A stretch of DNA of 64,000 nt from Takakia lepidozioides (lineage: Eukaryota > Plantae > Bryophyta). The notes below the pieces were generated by a model. That model did no database searches. It saw only the letters and a list, made by a program, of their open reading frames with translations, and had not been told where the DNA came from. The first letter of the stretch is position 1, and each line of letters opens with the position of its first letter. Location: positions 18,290,001 through 18,354,000 of the forward strand of contig CM060731.1 of the NCBI GenBank assembly GCA_030704615.1, written 5' to 3'. Position numbers and translations under genes: made by a program. Shown here piece after piece: positions 24,291-36,845 of the stretch.

Positions 24291-25239
24291 CGGGGATGAG
24301 ATTTGACTGGTAGTCTTACCTAAGCCTCTGGGAGCTCCGGCCAGATGGCCCCACCATCTCACACACTTGCCTTAAACTCGTTGGGTAAGCGCAGTCCTCG
24401 TTATGTTCCAATCTTCTGTCGGAATAGATGGGAAGGTATGGTCACTGCTTCTCATGCTTGCTGCATAGTAATCCGTAGATTTAGGTTAAATTTCTCTAAT
24501 ATGAATCCCTCTGTCTGGTGATCTCCAGGAGCCTTGGTGGGTCCCGGTGATATGCGGGCTTTTCTGCGGAAGCCGAAATTCGACGTGTTTTCCAGGCCTA
24601 AACTTTGGGCCGGTTCGGTTCGGTTCGGTTCAATTCAATTCGAGCCTGCAGCTTGATCCATTTGCTTCTCATTCAACTTCAGCTATCTCAGATCTTGTTC
24701 GTCTCTTGTGAATCTAGTACAGGAGAAGTTTCAGCGAGCAGTAGCTCTGCCCTCTATCCATCGTCTCTTCCTTCAGTCTGTTTTACAATTAATATCGGTC
24801 TCTTCACTCGTACTTCGATTCTATTCGGAGGGTTCCGGAACTGAATTTTTTGGTTGAATTCAACGGTGATATGGGATGGTTGATGTCTGGCAGAATCATG
24901 CACTCAGGCTGTCTTTTTCTACAGAAAAGTATGCGCATTCATATGGCTTGGGGTTTCTGAGATGTTTGGGAGAAGAACTGTGTGTTCCACAACGGATTGT
25001 GGAAACATCAACGTGTTCTTCAATGGCAACGAAGCTATATCCACCTTGACTGTACCAGCTGGCCGATGACCTAGTTCAACTCTGCCAGTTCTCAAAAGGA
25101 GAGCTGATCGACCATGATTCTTCCAGGCTTTACAGCGGGCAGCTGTTTCAACGTAGTCTCGGCTGTCGATTGATTTGGTGACACCTTCTTCCCCCAGTCG
25201 CCTCCTTCCCCCCCCCCCCTCCTCTCGTTTTATTAACTA

Positions 25240-27402
25240 ATGGGAAAGCCAGTAGTTCGAAGGCCAGTAGATAGGTCCTCGTATGAACTTCTCAGCACTC
25301 AAGCTCCGAGGACAGAGAATCAGATCATGCCTGCCGTGCTGAAGAAGAAGAAGAAACCTGGGTCGCGGCTATGGATGCGATTTGATGCGGCTGGTCGCTC
25401 GGAAGTGTTGGAGTGCGACAGGAATGCAATTCTTCAGCGCGTGTCCATTCCTGCTCGCGACCTCCGGATTTTGGGACCCGTCTTCTCTCAATCCTCCCAC
25501 ATTCTGGGTGAGTTTCATGTGGCCCTGTCTCTGTTGATGAATTTTGAATCTCATGCGGGCCTACAAGCTATTGTGTGCAATGTAGCAAGCTCGAAAAATG
25601 TATGTCATGATGACTGCTCTCAAGCTTCTTGTTGATGTGTCTTGGACTCACACAGCGAGAGAGAGTGCGATGGTTGTCAATCTGGAATTTGTAAAGACAA
25701 TCATAACGGCAGAGGAGCTCTATATATTGGAGCCCACAAGCCCAGCAGTCCTACCCTTTCTGGACCAGCTCAGACAGCAATTTCCTCTCCAAAGCACATT
25801 GACTATAGAAGGGGGAGAGCCCATGGTGGATGAAGAGGGAGGGCTAAGTATGATGGCAGAAGGTTTTTCGGAAGTACTTCCTTTTGAGTTTCAAGTGCTA
25901 GAGGTTGCACTTGATGCAGTCTGTCGCTATCTGGAATCAGAAGTAAAAAAGCTCTCGCAAATAGTGACCCCTGCGCTTGACACGTTGACCAAAAAAATCA
26001 GCAACAGCAACTTGGAGCTTGTTCGCAGTGTCAAGGGTCAGCTTACTGGCCTCACCGCCCGCGTCCAGAAGGTTGGATATCGTTCATTCTCATTTGATTC
26101 TCGAACGGTAGCTTGCTACCTACCCGTGCTTGATATTCTCATGATGAGAGTACAGGCCTGTGTTGCATGCATTTTCTTCCTCTATTTAATGATACAAACC
26201 ATATTTATCTCAAGGTTGCTATTCATGTACCAGTGCATTGGGGGAGAGGGGGCCATCAAAGTGTCCGATGGATAACAGTATCTGTGGACCATGAGAATAG
26301 GAGAGCTTAGCTCTGATGTTTCAAGGAATGTCACTGTGTTTGAACCCTAAACCTTGGCTGGAGACTCAGGACTGGAGACCACATCCAACATCATTATGGC
26401 AGTACTTAACCAGGTCTTTGTTATGTCCAGAATATGAATAATGACATTAGATCTCTTCAAAAGTTGTGCTTTGTATTTATGCAGGTGAGGAATGAATTAG
26501 AACAACTGCTGGATGATGATGAAGACATGGCCAACCTCTATCTCACCCGCAAACTGCAGCAATTGCAGCACCCTGATTCCCCCATAGTCACAAACTCCTC
26601 TGAAGAGGTTAACTCACTAACCTCGCAGAAACTTATGCGCCTTTCCTCCCGTGGCCACCACCACCACCACCACAGGGCAGTAAGCATTACAACACACACC
26701 ACAGTTGATGGTGACGTGGAGGAACTGGAGATGTTACTGGAGACATATTTTATGCAGGTCGATGCGAGCTTCAATAAGCTGTCCATGGTCGGTTCCTGAC
26801 ATTTATGTCCTCCCAGCTAAGCAAACATTGGAGTAGTACTAGTTAGTTGGCCAAGCCAGTTTTTAAGTTGGAAATATTGAGTGAGCCCCAGGTTTGAGGC
26901 AACAAATGTTGCCTTGTGGCCTCTTCTTGCTGTGGAATTTTGGCCTTACATACAATCTGTGCACTCTCGCTTACCAGAGTCTAGGAGGCTATTATAGCCA
27001 GCAACTTAAAAAGTTATAAGTGCAGATATAGAAGTTCTGAGGACATCTTATCAAGGGCTATATTGCATGTGGATCCATCGTCGAATATCTCAATATAACA
27101 TGCTGTGGGACTGGTGCACGCAGGTACGGGAATACATCAGTGACACAGAGGACTACATCAATATTCAGCTCGATCACCATCGGAACCAGCTCTTCCAGTT
27201 CCAAATCACATTGACCACATTTGCTCTCTCCATTGGACTTGGTATGGGGTTCTGCGGGGCTGTTAGCATGAACATCCCCATTCCTCCTTACAACAGCCAT
27301 AAGTGGTTTACACCATTCGTGTGTAGCAACCTCTTCATATGCACCTTTGTCTTCTTCGGTATTATTGGCTACGTCCGATGGAAGGGTCTTTTTGAAAAAT
27401 GA
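25240..27402 (+). CDS. MRS2/MGT (CorA family) divalent cation transporter, 4 exons
   Basis: Exons: 25240-25507, 25656-26071, 26485-26787, 27124-27402. Motifs: IPARDLRILGP, VVNLEFVKTIITAEE, LPFEFQVLEVAL, ELEQLLDDDEDMANLYLT, EELEMLLETYF, EDYINIQLDHHRNQL, and two C-terminal TM helices. The signature reads SMN rather than GMN. Confidence 0.93.
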
Positions 27403-27544
27403 GAACAGAGAGATTCCTTCTGTTACATATGGCTTGCAAGCTTGAGAAATGTTGGATTCCATTTCTCATTGGATGCTTTGCCTTGTTGTGGTGCATCACC
27501 TGTATGCCAAATGTTTTGCGGACTTGTATATATGGTGAGAACAG

Positions 27545-28004
27545 CTAGCCTATGTGCCTAACATCAATGTGTAAGGAGGGTTTGTGGACTGACTACAGTA
27601 AATGGTGGGAGATAGAGAGCCCGTCAGATAGAGACTATCCCGCAATTCAATGGCATTCTGTGGCATCAGCCTAAGACACCTGCATGGATGCATGGTTGAA
27701 ACACACTTTAACCAGTTGTTCTTGTTTATGACAGAACCCCCCTAACAGAAAAGCATTATGCTGTTGTGGAATTCTAGCCTGTGCCTAACGTCAAGAGTGA
27801 ATGTGTATGGAGGGTTTGTGGACTGACTACAGTAAATGATGGGAGATAGAGAGCCCGTCAGATAGAGACTATCCCGCAATTCAATGGCATTCTGTGGCAT
27901 CAGCCTAAGACACCTGCATGGATGCATGGTTGAAACACACTTTAACCAGTTGTTCTTGTTTATGACAGAACCCCCTAACAGAAAAGCATTATGCTGTTGT
28001 GGAA
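27545..28004 (+). repeat. ~230-bp near-perfect tandem duplication
   Basis: 27545-27772 and 27775-28004 are almost identical (gggtttgtggactgactacag...gcattatgctgttgtggaa). Confidence 0.92.
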
Positions 28005-28823
28005 CGTGAAGTTGTACACTTGTAAGAACAATGCTTGGCTACCAGTAGGAAAGTTGCTAATGCAACTTTTACTTAACATGAGTAATGCATTTTCTTATGT
28101 ACTCTTAGTTGATATTCTCTCTCAACTGTCCCTTCTCAGGTAAGATCCTCTTGATCGCAAAGAAGCTACCCGAAAGCAAGTTTGTTATGTAACATGTAAT
28201 AATCTCCACTATGTTTTGCACATGCCGCAACTGGTTAAAGCAGGAAACACAAAGGGAGCACCTCCATGGGCCGAAGTAAATAGCTGTGTGTGGGTGGTTT
28301 CTTCTAATCACTTCCATGTGGCGATGATTTGAGTATAGCAAATGTTTGGCTGCATTTTTCTGTCTTTAATTTGGCGATGCTCAAAGCATCTTATTCAGAT
28401 AGTCGTTTTGATTTGGGCGGCTGTTCTAGTTACCAAGACACCTTTGGAAACTTACTTTACTGATTACATTCCCGTCTGGATGCTGGAACCAGTAGTGATA
28501 AAAGGCTGGTAGTTAGAGTTAGAGCTTAGCAGTACTGTGAAGCACTCTTCCACTGCCGTTCTTTAGATTGTGCTTCTGAGTTTTAAATGGACAACAAACA
28601 TCGAGTTGTAGATGACAAAAGAAGCAGAGAACAGAACATATCAGAAAGGCACACCATCTTCATTGTTCAATGACGGTCTTTCATTTTCCTTCAATAGGTG
28701 CAAAGAGTTTAGATGTACATGAGTATTCACATGTGTGATCGAGTGAGTATCCTCGGCAAGATGAGTCAAGGACAGACCGTTCCTCTGCCTTCAGACTGGA
28801 GAGGACGTGTCTAATGAGTAACG

Positions 28824-31629
28824 CTAAAAGAACTCTTCTGATTCCTCTGATGAAGGCCACCTCTCGTCGTCCAAATAATAAAAGCGCTCCCTGCCATCCC
28901 ACCTTCCCGCTCGACCGTGGCCAGAGAGTCTGTGGACATCATCTGGAGGTTCTCCTGTTGGAGCTACAGCATCATCGTTTGTTAGCATACCAGTATTCTT
29001 GGATCTCTTTTTGCCATTACCACTGATGTTTGTGACGAGATTCCCGTCTGAGACTTTTGCTTCCAGTTGCTCAATCCTGGTTGCCAAATTATGGATGATG
29101 TCATTCTGTTGTTTCCCCCATTGCAACACTTCCCCAATAACGGTCTTGAGTTTCCGATTCTCTTCTAGCAACTGTTGGATCAGAGTGCGATCAGCGAGGG
29201 TTTCATGCCCGGAACTCGAGGGATCCAACTGGCTTACTTGCAGATAATTGTGATTAGGGGGGATCAAGCTCAATGATTCTATAGGGGTGCACCCTCCGGA
29301 CATGGCTACGATACCTCTGGCACAGTCCCCTTTTGTCCTCTCTTCCTCTGTTTTCGCCACCTCACCATCAGGGCACGCTGGAGACACAACAAAGTAGTTC
29401 CCTGCATTATCTTCGATAGGAATTTCTTCTCTTTCCAATCCCCGGTCATGTTCTCCTGCAGGTTCACTAGCTGAAAGCTCCGCCTCTTTGCCCTCCATCA
29501 TCTTATGGTCATTGATTGGGACTGGGACTGCCTCAATCAGGGGCTCATTCTCAAGTTCGCCTTTTTCCTCCTCTGAATGGTCAGATTCTCCCCTTACACA
29601 AGCACCTTCTTCTATGTCATCAGTCTTGGAAGTTACATTTACTTTGTTTACTACATTCTCTGCTGAATCTCCTTCAATTTTTTGAGTTGCCTGAGCAATC
29701 TGGAACAGAGTTGCAGCTTTAGCATCCATCTGTTTTCCCATCGTCCCATCTGTGGAATCAGACCTTGTTTCCATTTTGCTAACATGCTCGTTGATTTCTT
29801 GGTGTTTTGCTTCACATTCATAATCATGAACCTCAAAAGACCCGTCGTTATCTCCTTCCAGATCTTCAGTGGCAGCTACACCCATAGAGGGATCACCCAG
29901 AATACAGTCCTCCATTTCCATAGCTTCCCCACCATTTGGCTTCTCTGTCCCAGATTCAGGCTCCACAATATCAACTTCCTCCATCACTTCGTCCATACCG
30001 GCAACCGGGTGGTTTACTTCCGGATTTGATAAAACAAAATCCTTACTTCTCTCTTTGTTGGAGCCAGTCACACCCAAATTGCTCACATCGGGGAAAAGAT
30101 TTTTAAGAGCACTCGACTTTGGCGAAATCACATCTGCGCTCTCCACCTTGGTGCAGCTGGGCGTCCCCGAATTGTCTTCTGAGAAAATATTCTTCAATGC
30201 ATCGGACGAACCTGTACCAGCCACACTTCCATCCCCTGATGCCGCGTCACCATCAACATCCCCCACTACGATTGTCATGGGGGATGACAGGACACCAACG
30301 CCATTGCTGTCGTTACCTTGGTTTCCCCTACTTCCGCTGATCTTCTCAGCATCTGGAGGAGTTATGTTAAAAGGTGAAGAAGGGCAACGAATCTGAACCT
30401 TCTCACTTCCTTCAAAAGCATCCATCTCTTCCATGCATTGCTGCCCAGCACTTGGCTGGAATTCTTGATCCGTGACACCGTTGGACTCAGCAAGTGCATC
30501 CACCCTATTATGTCCCATGTTTGAAGATGGTAAACTCTTAGAATCTTCCTCCAGGGAATCATCTCTCTGGTCAACAGCATTATCGCCTGCATCTTCAGAC
30601 TCCAAACCGTCATGGCATTCCGATGGACTCGCCTGTTCCTCTGCATCTTGCATGCCACACTCTGTGGCAGAATCTACCAGGTTCTGAAAGTGGATTATTT
30701 CGCGGGCAACTGACTTCCGAATGTCGCGGACATGAGGATGCACACCCTGCAAGAATCCAACACACACATATGTGAGTCCCTTGCTTCAGTCTTCATCATC
30801 CACGCCAACAATCTAGGCTTAGCTGCATACAAAGCATGGCACCATTTCCCAAGTCTAAAGCATACGCTGGAAATCCATTCCCTCTCGATCTATGCACTGA
30901 GAAAAAGAGCTCACTGTGATTTTCCAGATTTGCAAATTTTCACCTAAGTAGTTTTAGCTTTAAACATTTGAAATCAATGAAGTTTACCTGAAGAGAATCC
31001 AGGCGTAGCAGCAACGCCATAAGGCCCTCGGTCCATTTGAGCTGCTCAGTAGGGTCTTTACAAAGCTTTGCGTACTGCTCAGGTTCCACGGCCCGTTCAA
31101 CCAACTCCTTCAACTCCGATCGTACCTTAGCAATGAGACGCAGATGTCTACGCGGCTCGGACCGCCGCACACAGTGACCTCGATACATGGCCTGAATCCG
31201 AGTGGCTGCTGCGTTCACGTCCACAGGTCTGTATGTCTTTCTAGAAGGTGGAGCTGGGAACCGACTTCCTGAGTGCGGAGGCGCATTCAGAGGTGATCGC
31301 GACACCCTGGATTGCGAGGGCGGATCGCTGCTGCCATCCTGCACAGGTATTTTCCTCACTTTAGGCTTCCCAGGGTTCCTTGCTGCGGGACCCGCTGCCT
31401 TTTGTGCCGGTCTCACCCTGGGAGTCGATGTGGGAGTCTCAGAAGTCGAGCGACTCCTCTGCGGCCTCCCCGATCGAGAGTAGGGAGAGATGTAATCTGG
31501 CTCCCGAAACATGTATGGATCGATCTCAGGGGGACGAGGCCAAGATGCTCCACCATTGACCCTTGCTTGCATCCCGATAGGTTCATAGATACCAAACGGC
31601 ATCAAGTTGTCCAGAAATCCTCCACCCAT
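28824..31629 (-). CDS. IQ-motif + BAG-domain co-chaperone (BAG6-like), ~854 aa, 2 exons
   Basis: Exons are 31629-30988 and 30746-28824. IQ motif: AATRIQAMYRGHCVRR. BAG helices: EGLMALLLRLDSLQ|GVHPHVRDIRKSVAREII. A long acidic linker leads to a C-terminal coiled coil LIQQLLEENRKLK. Confidence 0.85.
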
Positions 31630-31904
31630 CCACAGAGAGAACCACTACTCAGATACCCCAGGAATGCTCCTACTTACCCCCTTCGACACCCAAACGCTAC
31701 AAGCACACAACCTGCAAATACTTCAGATCGAGAAGGAAGAAGAGTAAAACACCGAATTTGCTGAACCAAACCCTGATCACAAAGACAGAAGACAGAGATT
31801 GAAGATACTGGCTGTAGATCGTGAGCGAGAGATCGGCTGAGAGGGAAACTGGCGGGTGAGCATAATAAAGGGAGAGCTGTGAGCTTGGAAGCCACGCCAT
31901 AGCC

Positions 31905-32295
31905 CTGTAACTGCAAGCTTCCATACACCTTCCAGACCCTGCTAGACGCACTTGACCGCCCCCCACCGGTCATCCGGTGGACGCCCCGCCAACGTGGCAC
32001 GACGCGAGCAACGGTGACCGACATTTGGCGGTGAGAGGCCACCAGAAGCTTCCATGCACAAGTGGTGATTCGCACTTGCGAAGGGAAGCTCGACGTGAAG
32101 CAGAGCGGTTGGGACGTCAACTTGCGAGGACATTATACCGTTGGCCGTAACAGGCCCTATACGGAATCTTCTAGGCCTTTCTATAGGATACCGGTAATTG
32201 CCGGTAATGTGCACTGCCAGAACCGGTTGCTCTGTTTCCTGAGAGGCTTCTAGAGCGGCCGTCTTTCGTCCAGGAGCTTCTAGAGCTTCGGGCTA
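31905..32295. promoter_or_regulatory. Cluster of heat-shock elements in the bidirectional spacer
   Basis: aGAAgcTTCc at 32044-32053; gGAAtcTTCtaggcctTTCt at 32163-32182; gcTTCtaGAgc twice (32246-32256, 32276-32286); caagcTTCc..cTTCcaGAc at 31914-31936. A TATATA lies at 32395-32400. Confidence 0.7.
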
Positions 32296-32513
32296 TGGCG
32301 TCAGTTCACTGCCTACAAATTTCCTGCGACCCTGCGAACAAACCACTGCTGATTACACTCGTCTTTAATCTCTAGTAGCTCTCACACTTCTTCATATATA
32401 GAACTTGACGACGGAGGTTTGCGTGCCTTGCGATTTCTAGTGATCTGAGTCCTCTGCAGCCTGTGACAGCTTGAAGAGTTCTTGTGGGTTTTAGGTCTGA
32501 TAGTCTCTGAAGA

Positions 32514-35500
32514 ATGGGGGGAGGAGTTGTCGTTGATGATGCTCTTCCGTTCTCTTACTACGCACCGTATGTGATGCCAGTACAACAGACGCCTTACTAT
32601 GTTATTCCTCATCGTCGGCACTCTGTATCTTCCCAGCCCGGCTTCACGTACATGCCGGCGGAGGGCTATTCAGCTCCCTTCCAGCAGAGACCCAGAGTGG
32701 ATCGAGGTCGGCTGCCGGTGAGGGTGTTCCCAGCGCATGCACCAAAGCGTCAGCCTTTCTACTTCACATCGCCACTGTTTCCCAACAACTTTGCAATGCC
32801 GGAAGAAGAGCTGGTGGGAAGTTCTCGTGTGCCTCATTTGCCTCAAGCTGTCGCCAGTGCAACTCCAACAGTTGCCATGCCTTCAGTTTACCAACCTGTC
32901 GACTCAGGCGAGGAGCAATTGAGAAGTGGCGCGATTAATTCAGCCGCAATGCAAGGAAGGGGTGACTCACAGCCACCTCTGGCTTCAGACGATGTCACTA
33001 CAATTCCCCTGCCTCTACTTTATTCGCCAGGTGGCTTTCAAGTTGTGAACAGACCGAGCTCTGGTCCGGCATATGGCAAACACCCAGCAAATTTGACTAC
33101 TTCGGCTCCACATGTTCCTGTAGTCTTCTCTCCTGCGCATACTTGGGCTCATTCTGATTTGCGCCAGACTGAAGTGCCAGAGGTCGCTTCAATGTCAAAC
33201 AGCAGGGCTGCTCCAACCTCCAAGCAGGCTGTCTCACACTTTATGCCACAGCCAGCAGCGGAAGGAGTCCAAAAGGCTTATGCTCCTTGGACAGAACACC
33301 ATGGCTTCAATGTTGCATCTGAAGGGAATGTTGCTGCCAATGCACAAGCTCCTGCAGAACGGAGTAGGATAAAGATTATCCCTGTGCTGGATGCAGCAAG
33401 TTCACAGACTGCCAGTGAAATAAGTGTGGAGAAGAATACATTGAAGAAGAAAGAGGTAGATGGAGCAACAGTATTGAAAGAGGGAAAGAAAAAGGTTATG
33501 GATCTGGAGACTGCAGCAGTAAAGATTCAGTCCACCTACAGGAGTTACGTGGTACGTCGTTCCGAGCCTCTCAAGCACCTGCGGCAAATTGCGCGGCTAA
33601 GACCAAAACTTGGTGAGCTTCAGATGATGACCTCCGATATGGAATCCTTGGAGAAGCGGTGCATGGATCAATCGGAGCGGTTGAAACTGACGGAAGGCAT
33701 CATGTCTCTTCTTCTTCAACTTGACATTATGCAGGTATGCGAATTTCCTGGAATGTCACGAATTTATTGTATGTACTTTGACTTCCGAGTGAGCCAAAAA
33801 TTCAATGGGCAACCATGAATCGATGGCGTTTTAGGTTCGAAGCAGTTTCATTCCATCATACGGTGATGTTCACTTGTCTAGTAGCCAGCTGAATCCCGTT
33901 TTCGTTGTTTTGTGTAGGGAGTAGATCCAGTAGTACGCGACAGACGGAAGACATTGACCCGAGAGCTTATTAAACTTCAAGAAGTGGTGGATTCCACTAT
34001 CGAGCGCCTCTCCACATCGAAACCTGCCCTGCCTGCGGGTGATGAGCTTCTGCAACCGACAGAGGTAGACAACAGCGTCGAAGGATGTACTTATATTGCA
34101 GAGGAGGCTGTTACACTGGAGCCTCTTGAAGTTGAAAATTCTGAGGATCTGGTAGACTGTGATCAGTGTGCTGAAGGACAGAATTGTGATGATGTAGTTG
34201 CGAGTGGTCCTGTGAATGCCACTTCCGTACCAGAGAAGGAGAGCTCTGGTGGCGATGAAGACATTCAAATGGGACCAGTTGATGCAGAAGAATCCCAAGA
34301 TTTTAAGGCTACTGGGATGCCTACTCATTCTGAAGGTGGACTCGAAGCTTGTACCGTCTGTCAATTGATTGCAACACAACCCGAGGAGAGAATATGTGTT
34401 GATGAGAACGAACATACTTATGTTGATGAAAAGCAGGACGCTGAAACTGTAGCAGTGAAGCCTCCCCTCAGTATTGCATGTGTGGAGAGACCCGCTTCTC
34501 ATGCTTCTGAGGAAGAAGGTGATAGCAACAATAATGAGGGGATGAAAAATGAAGGTCTTTTGGCTGTGCTTGCATTGCCGCTGGACCTGCCGCTGGAGAA
34601 GGAAGGAGAGATGAAGAACAATTCCTGTGCCCGACAAGTACATTCAGACATAGACAGCCACGAAGTCAGTGATATTGAAGGACAATTTACTCCCGTCCAT
34701 CAAGTGGAGAGTTCGCCACACGAAGGAAGGGAAGTTGAAAATATTGCTTCTGATCTTGAGGAGATTCATGCCAGGGATGGTAGCGACGAGGAAGTAAAAA
34801 TTGAGACTGTCCCTGCATTGTCACTACATCTGTCTGTGGAGAAAGACGAGGAGCTGGAGGAAAAATCCTGCCTACAGGTGGACTCGGACATTGCCAAGAA
34901 GGAAGCCTCTCAAGGAGAGTGCACTCCAGGGCAGGGAGTGCGCAGGTCTAGGGGAGAGTGTGCCAAAAGTTGCGCTTATCCTTCAATCTGTGATGGAAGT
35001 TCCAATAATGCTACTCATGATCAATGCCAGGTTTTACCGGAGTCAGATGTGGTAGTAGAGAACAGAGTATTCGGTACAGCATCCACACCCGACAATCCTC
35101 GGATGAATAGCAACTCAGATATACCTGCCTTGTCAGTGGAGGGAATTTGGTCTTCCAATGTGGAAGAACACAAGGTGGAAACTCTGAATTTGGAACCTGT
35201 GACACTGAACGCCGAAGGTCAGGACGTCCTCAAACACAGCAGTCCTGAAAAAATTGAGCATATGGAGTATTCCCATGGTACAACTGTTATCTCTGAGCCC
35301 CTTTCATTGAGCAAAAGTTGTTTTCCACAGGAGGGAAGCTGCCTGAATTCATCTTCCTTCCCCATCAAAGAGATGTGTGACAGTTTGCGTGCTCTCGAGG
35401 CGTCCTCTCAGAAAAATGAGACAGGTCTTTCACTTACGCAACAACTAATAGAAGAGAACAAGAAACTGAAGACATTGTTGGCGGATGTACTGCGGTGGAG

Positions 35501-35627
35501 TCAATGGCAGGGGTCAGCCACACTCGGTCTTCATACAATGATGGAGAGGCTAGAGAACCAAGTTTCGGAAAAGAAGCTTAAGAAACCAAGCAAGCTCCCC
35601 AAGAAGACCGTTAGGAGGAGACGATGA
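32514..35627 (+). CDS. IQ-motif + BAG-domain co-chaperone (BAG6-like), ~976 aa, 2 exons
   Basis: Exons are 32514-33734 and 33918-35627. IQ motif: AAVKIQSTYRSYVVRR. BAG region: EGIMSLLLQLDIMQ|GVDPVVRDRRKTLTRELI. C-terminal coiled coil: LTQQLIEENKKLK. Confidence 0.87.
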
Positions 35628-36269
35628 AGGGAAATGTTTTCGCAAACCATTTGTGCTGAGAGAGAATTGTTGTGTCTCGTTTCTTGATAAGAGTGTACAA
35701 TAGAGATTCTGGCGAGGATAGGGAAGTTGATGTTCCTGCCATTGCAGAGAAATCATTCATCACTTCGTGTACATTTTGTAACACTACATCTCAGTAAAGC
35801 GTTGATTCTCGCTTCCCACGCAAACCGGTGTGCCCCTGTTGAGTTTTACAGCTTCCTCTCCTCTCCATTTGAAACATGAAATCTGTAAGAGGTATCTGTA
35901 AGAGGTAAAGCCCTCGCCCCAGGACTTTCCTGGGAAGCCCTAGTTTTAACAAAGCCAAAAAAAAAACTTTGAAAAGTGAGTGCTGCATCGACAAGCACAT
36001 GCGCGAATTTATGGCGCCCCAAAACAGTAAAAACTGCGTTAGCTAGGATTTTCTACAGCCCTATGGATACTCCAAAATTCAAGGTTAAGCAGAGTTCACA
36101 TGTCCATGTCGAGCAGACCTTGCTATGGCTTTGTTGTGTTCAACTCATTTGTTGCAGCGCCTCTGGTACGATCCAAACTCTAAGTCTGATCTTGGTCATT
36201 TTCCAATGTATTCTCTTATACTACATAAAATTCATCTTTGATTCTGAGGTTGGGTAGCATGTGAGCACA

Positions 36270-36845
36270 AGGGCATATTCCCGAATTTGCATAAATTTTC
36301 CGCGAAATTTTTATGCGAAACGAATTTGGTATGCGAAACGAACACAGAGAGAACAAGTAGCCCCTATACCCCATGAGCATGTTACCCTATAGGCGTGGCG
36401 TTTTCTCCACAACGGGCGCAAGAGTGTGCTGTGAGGCTTCAGCTGAAATTGCAGGTCCTCACTCATAGCTAATTTCTCGCGGAAGAAATATGTACCACAC
36501 AACCTGATAATTTCGTAGGACAAAACTCTATACCAACCAGCCTAACAAGAAATCAACTGCAGCAGAAAGTATGAGAAGCTCACTATTTAAGTCCCCATCA
36601 CCAAGCCCATATCACCAAAGTATTTCTCAAATACCAATATGAGTTTCTCAAAGCGAAACCCACTTCTGCATAGTATTTCTCAAACACCAGGAAATGTTTC
36701 TCAATACCAAACCCACCGTTACATACGTTTGTGTCCATATCACCAAGTCTGTCTCAAATACTAGGAAGGGTTTCGCATAATGCGAAACCCACCGGTGCAT
36801 AGGTTTGTGCCCATATCACCACGTCTTCCTCAATGCGAAACTCGT
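36270..36845. repeat. Degenerate subterminal-type repeats, probably a DNA transposon end
   Basis: Recurrent tgcgaaac(c/g), catatcacca and tttctcaaatacc motifs. Confidence 0.5.

Noticed and set aside
29488-34643. Long antisense ORFs over the BAG genes (e.g. 33870-34643, 29869-30396)
   Set aside because: They are shadow frames of the acidic, low-complexity coding strand.
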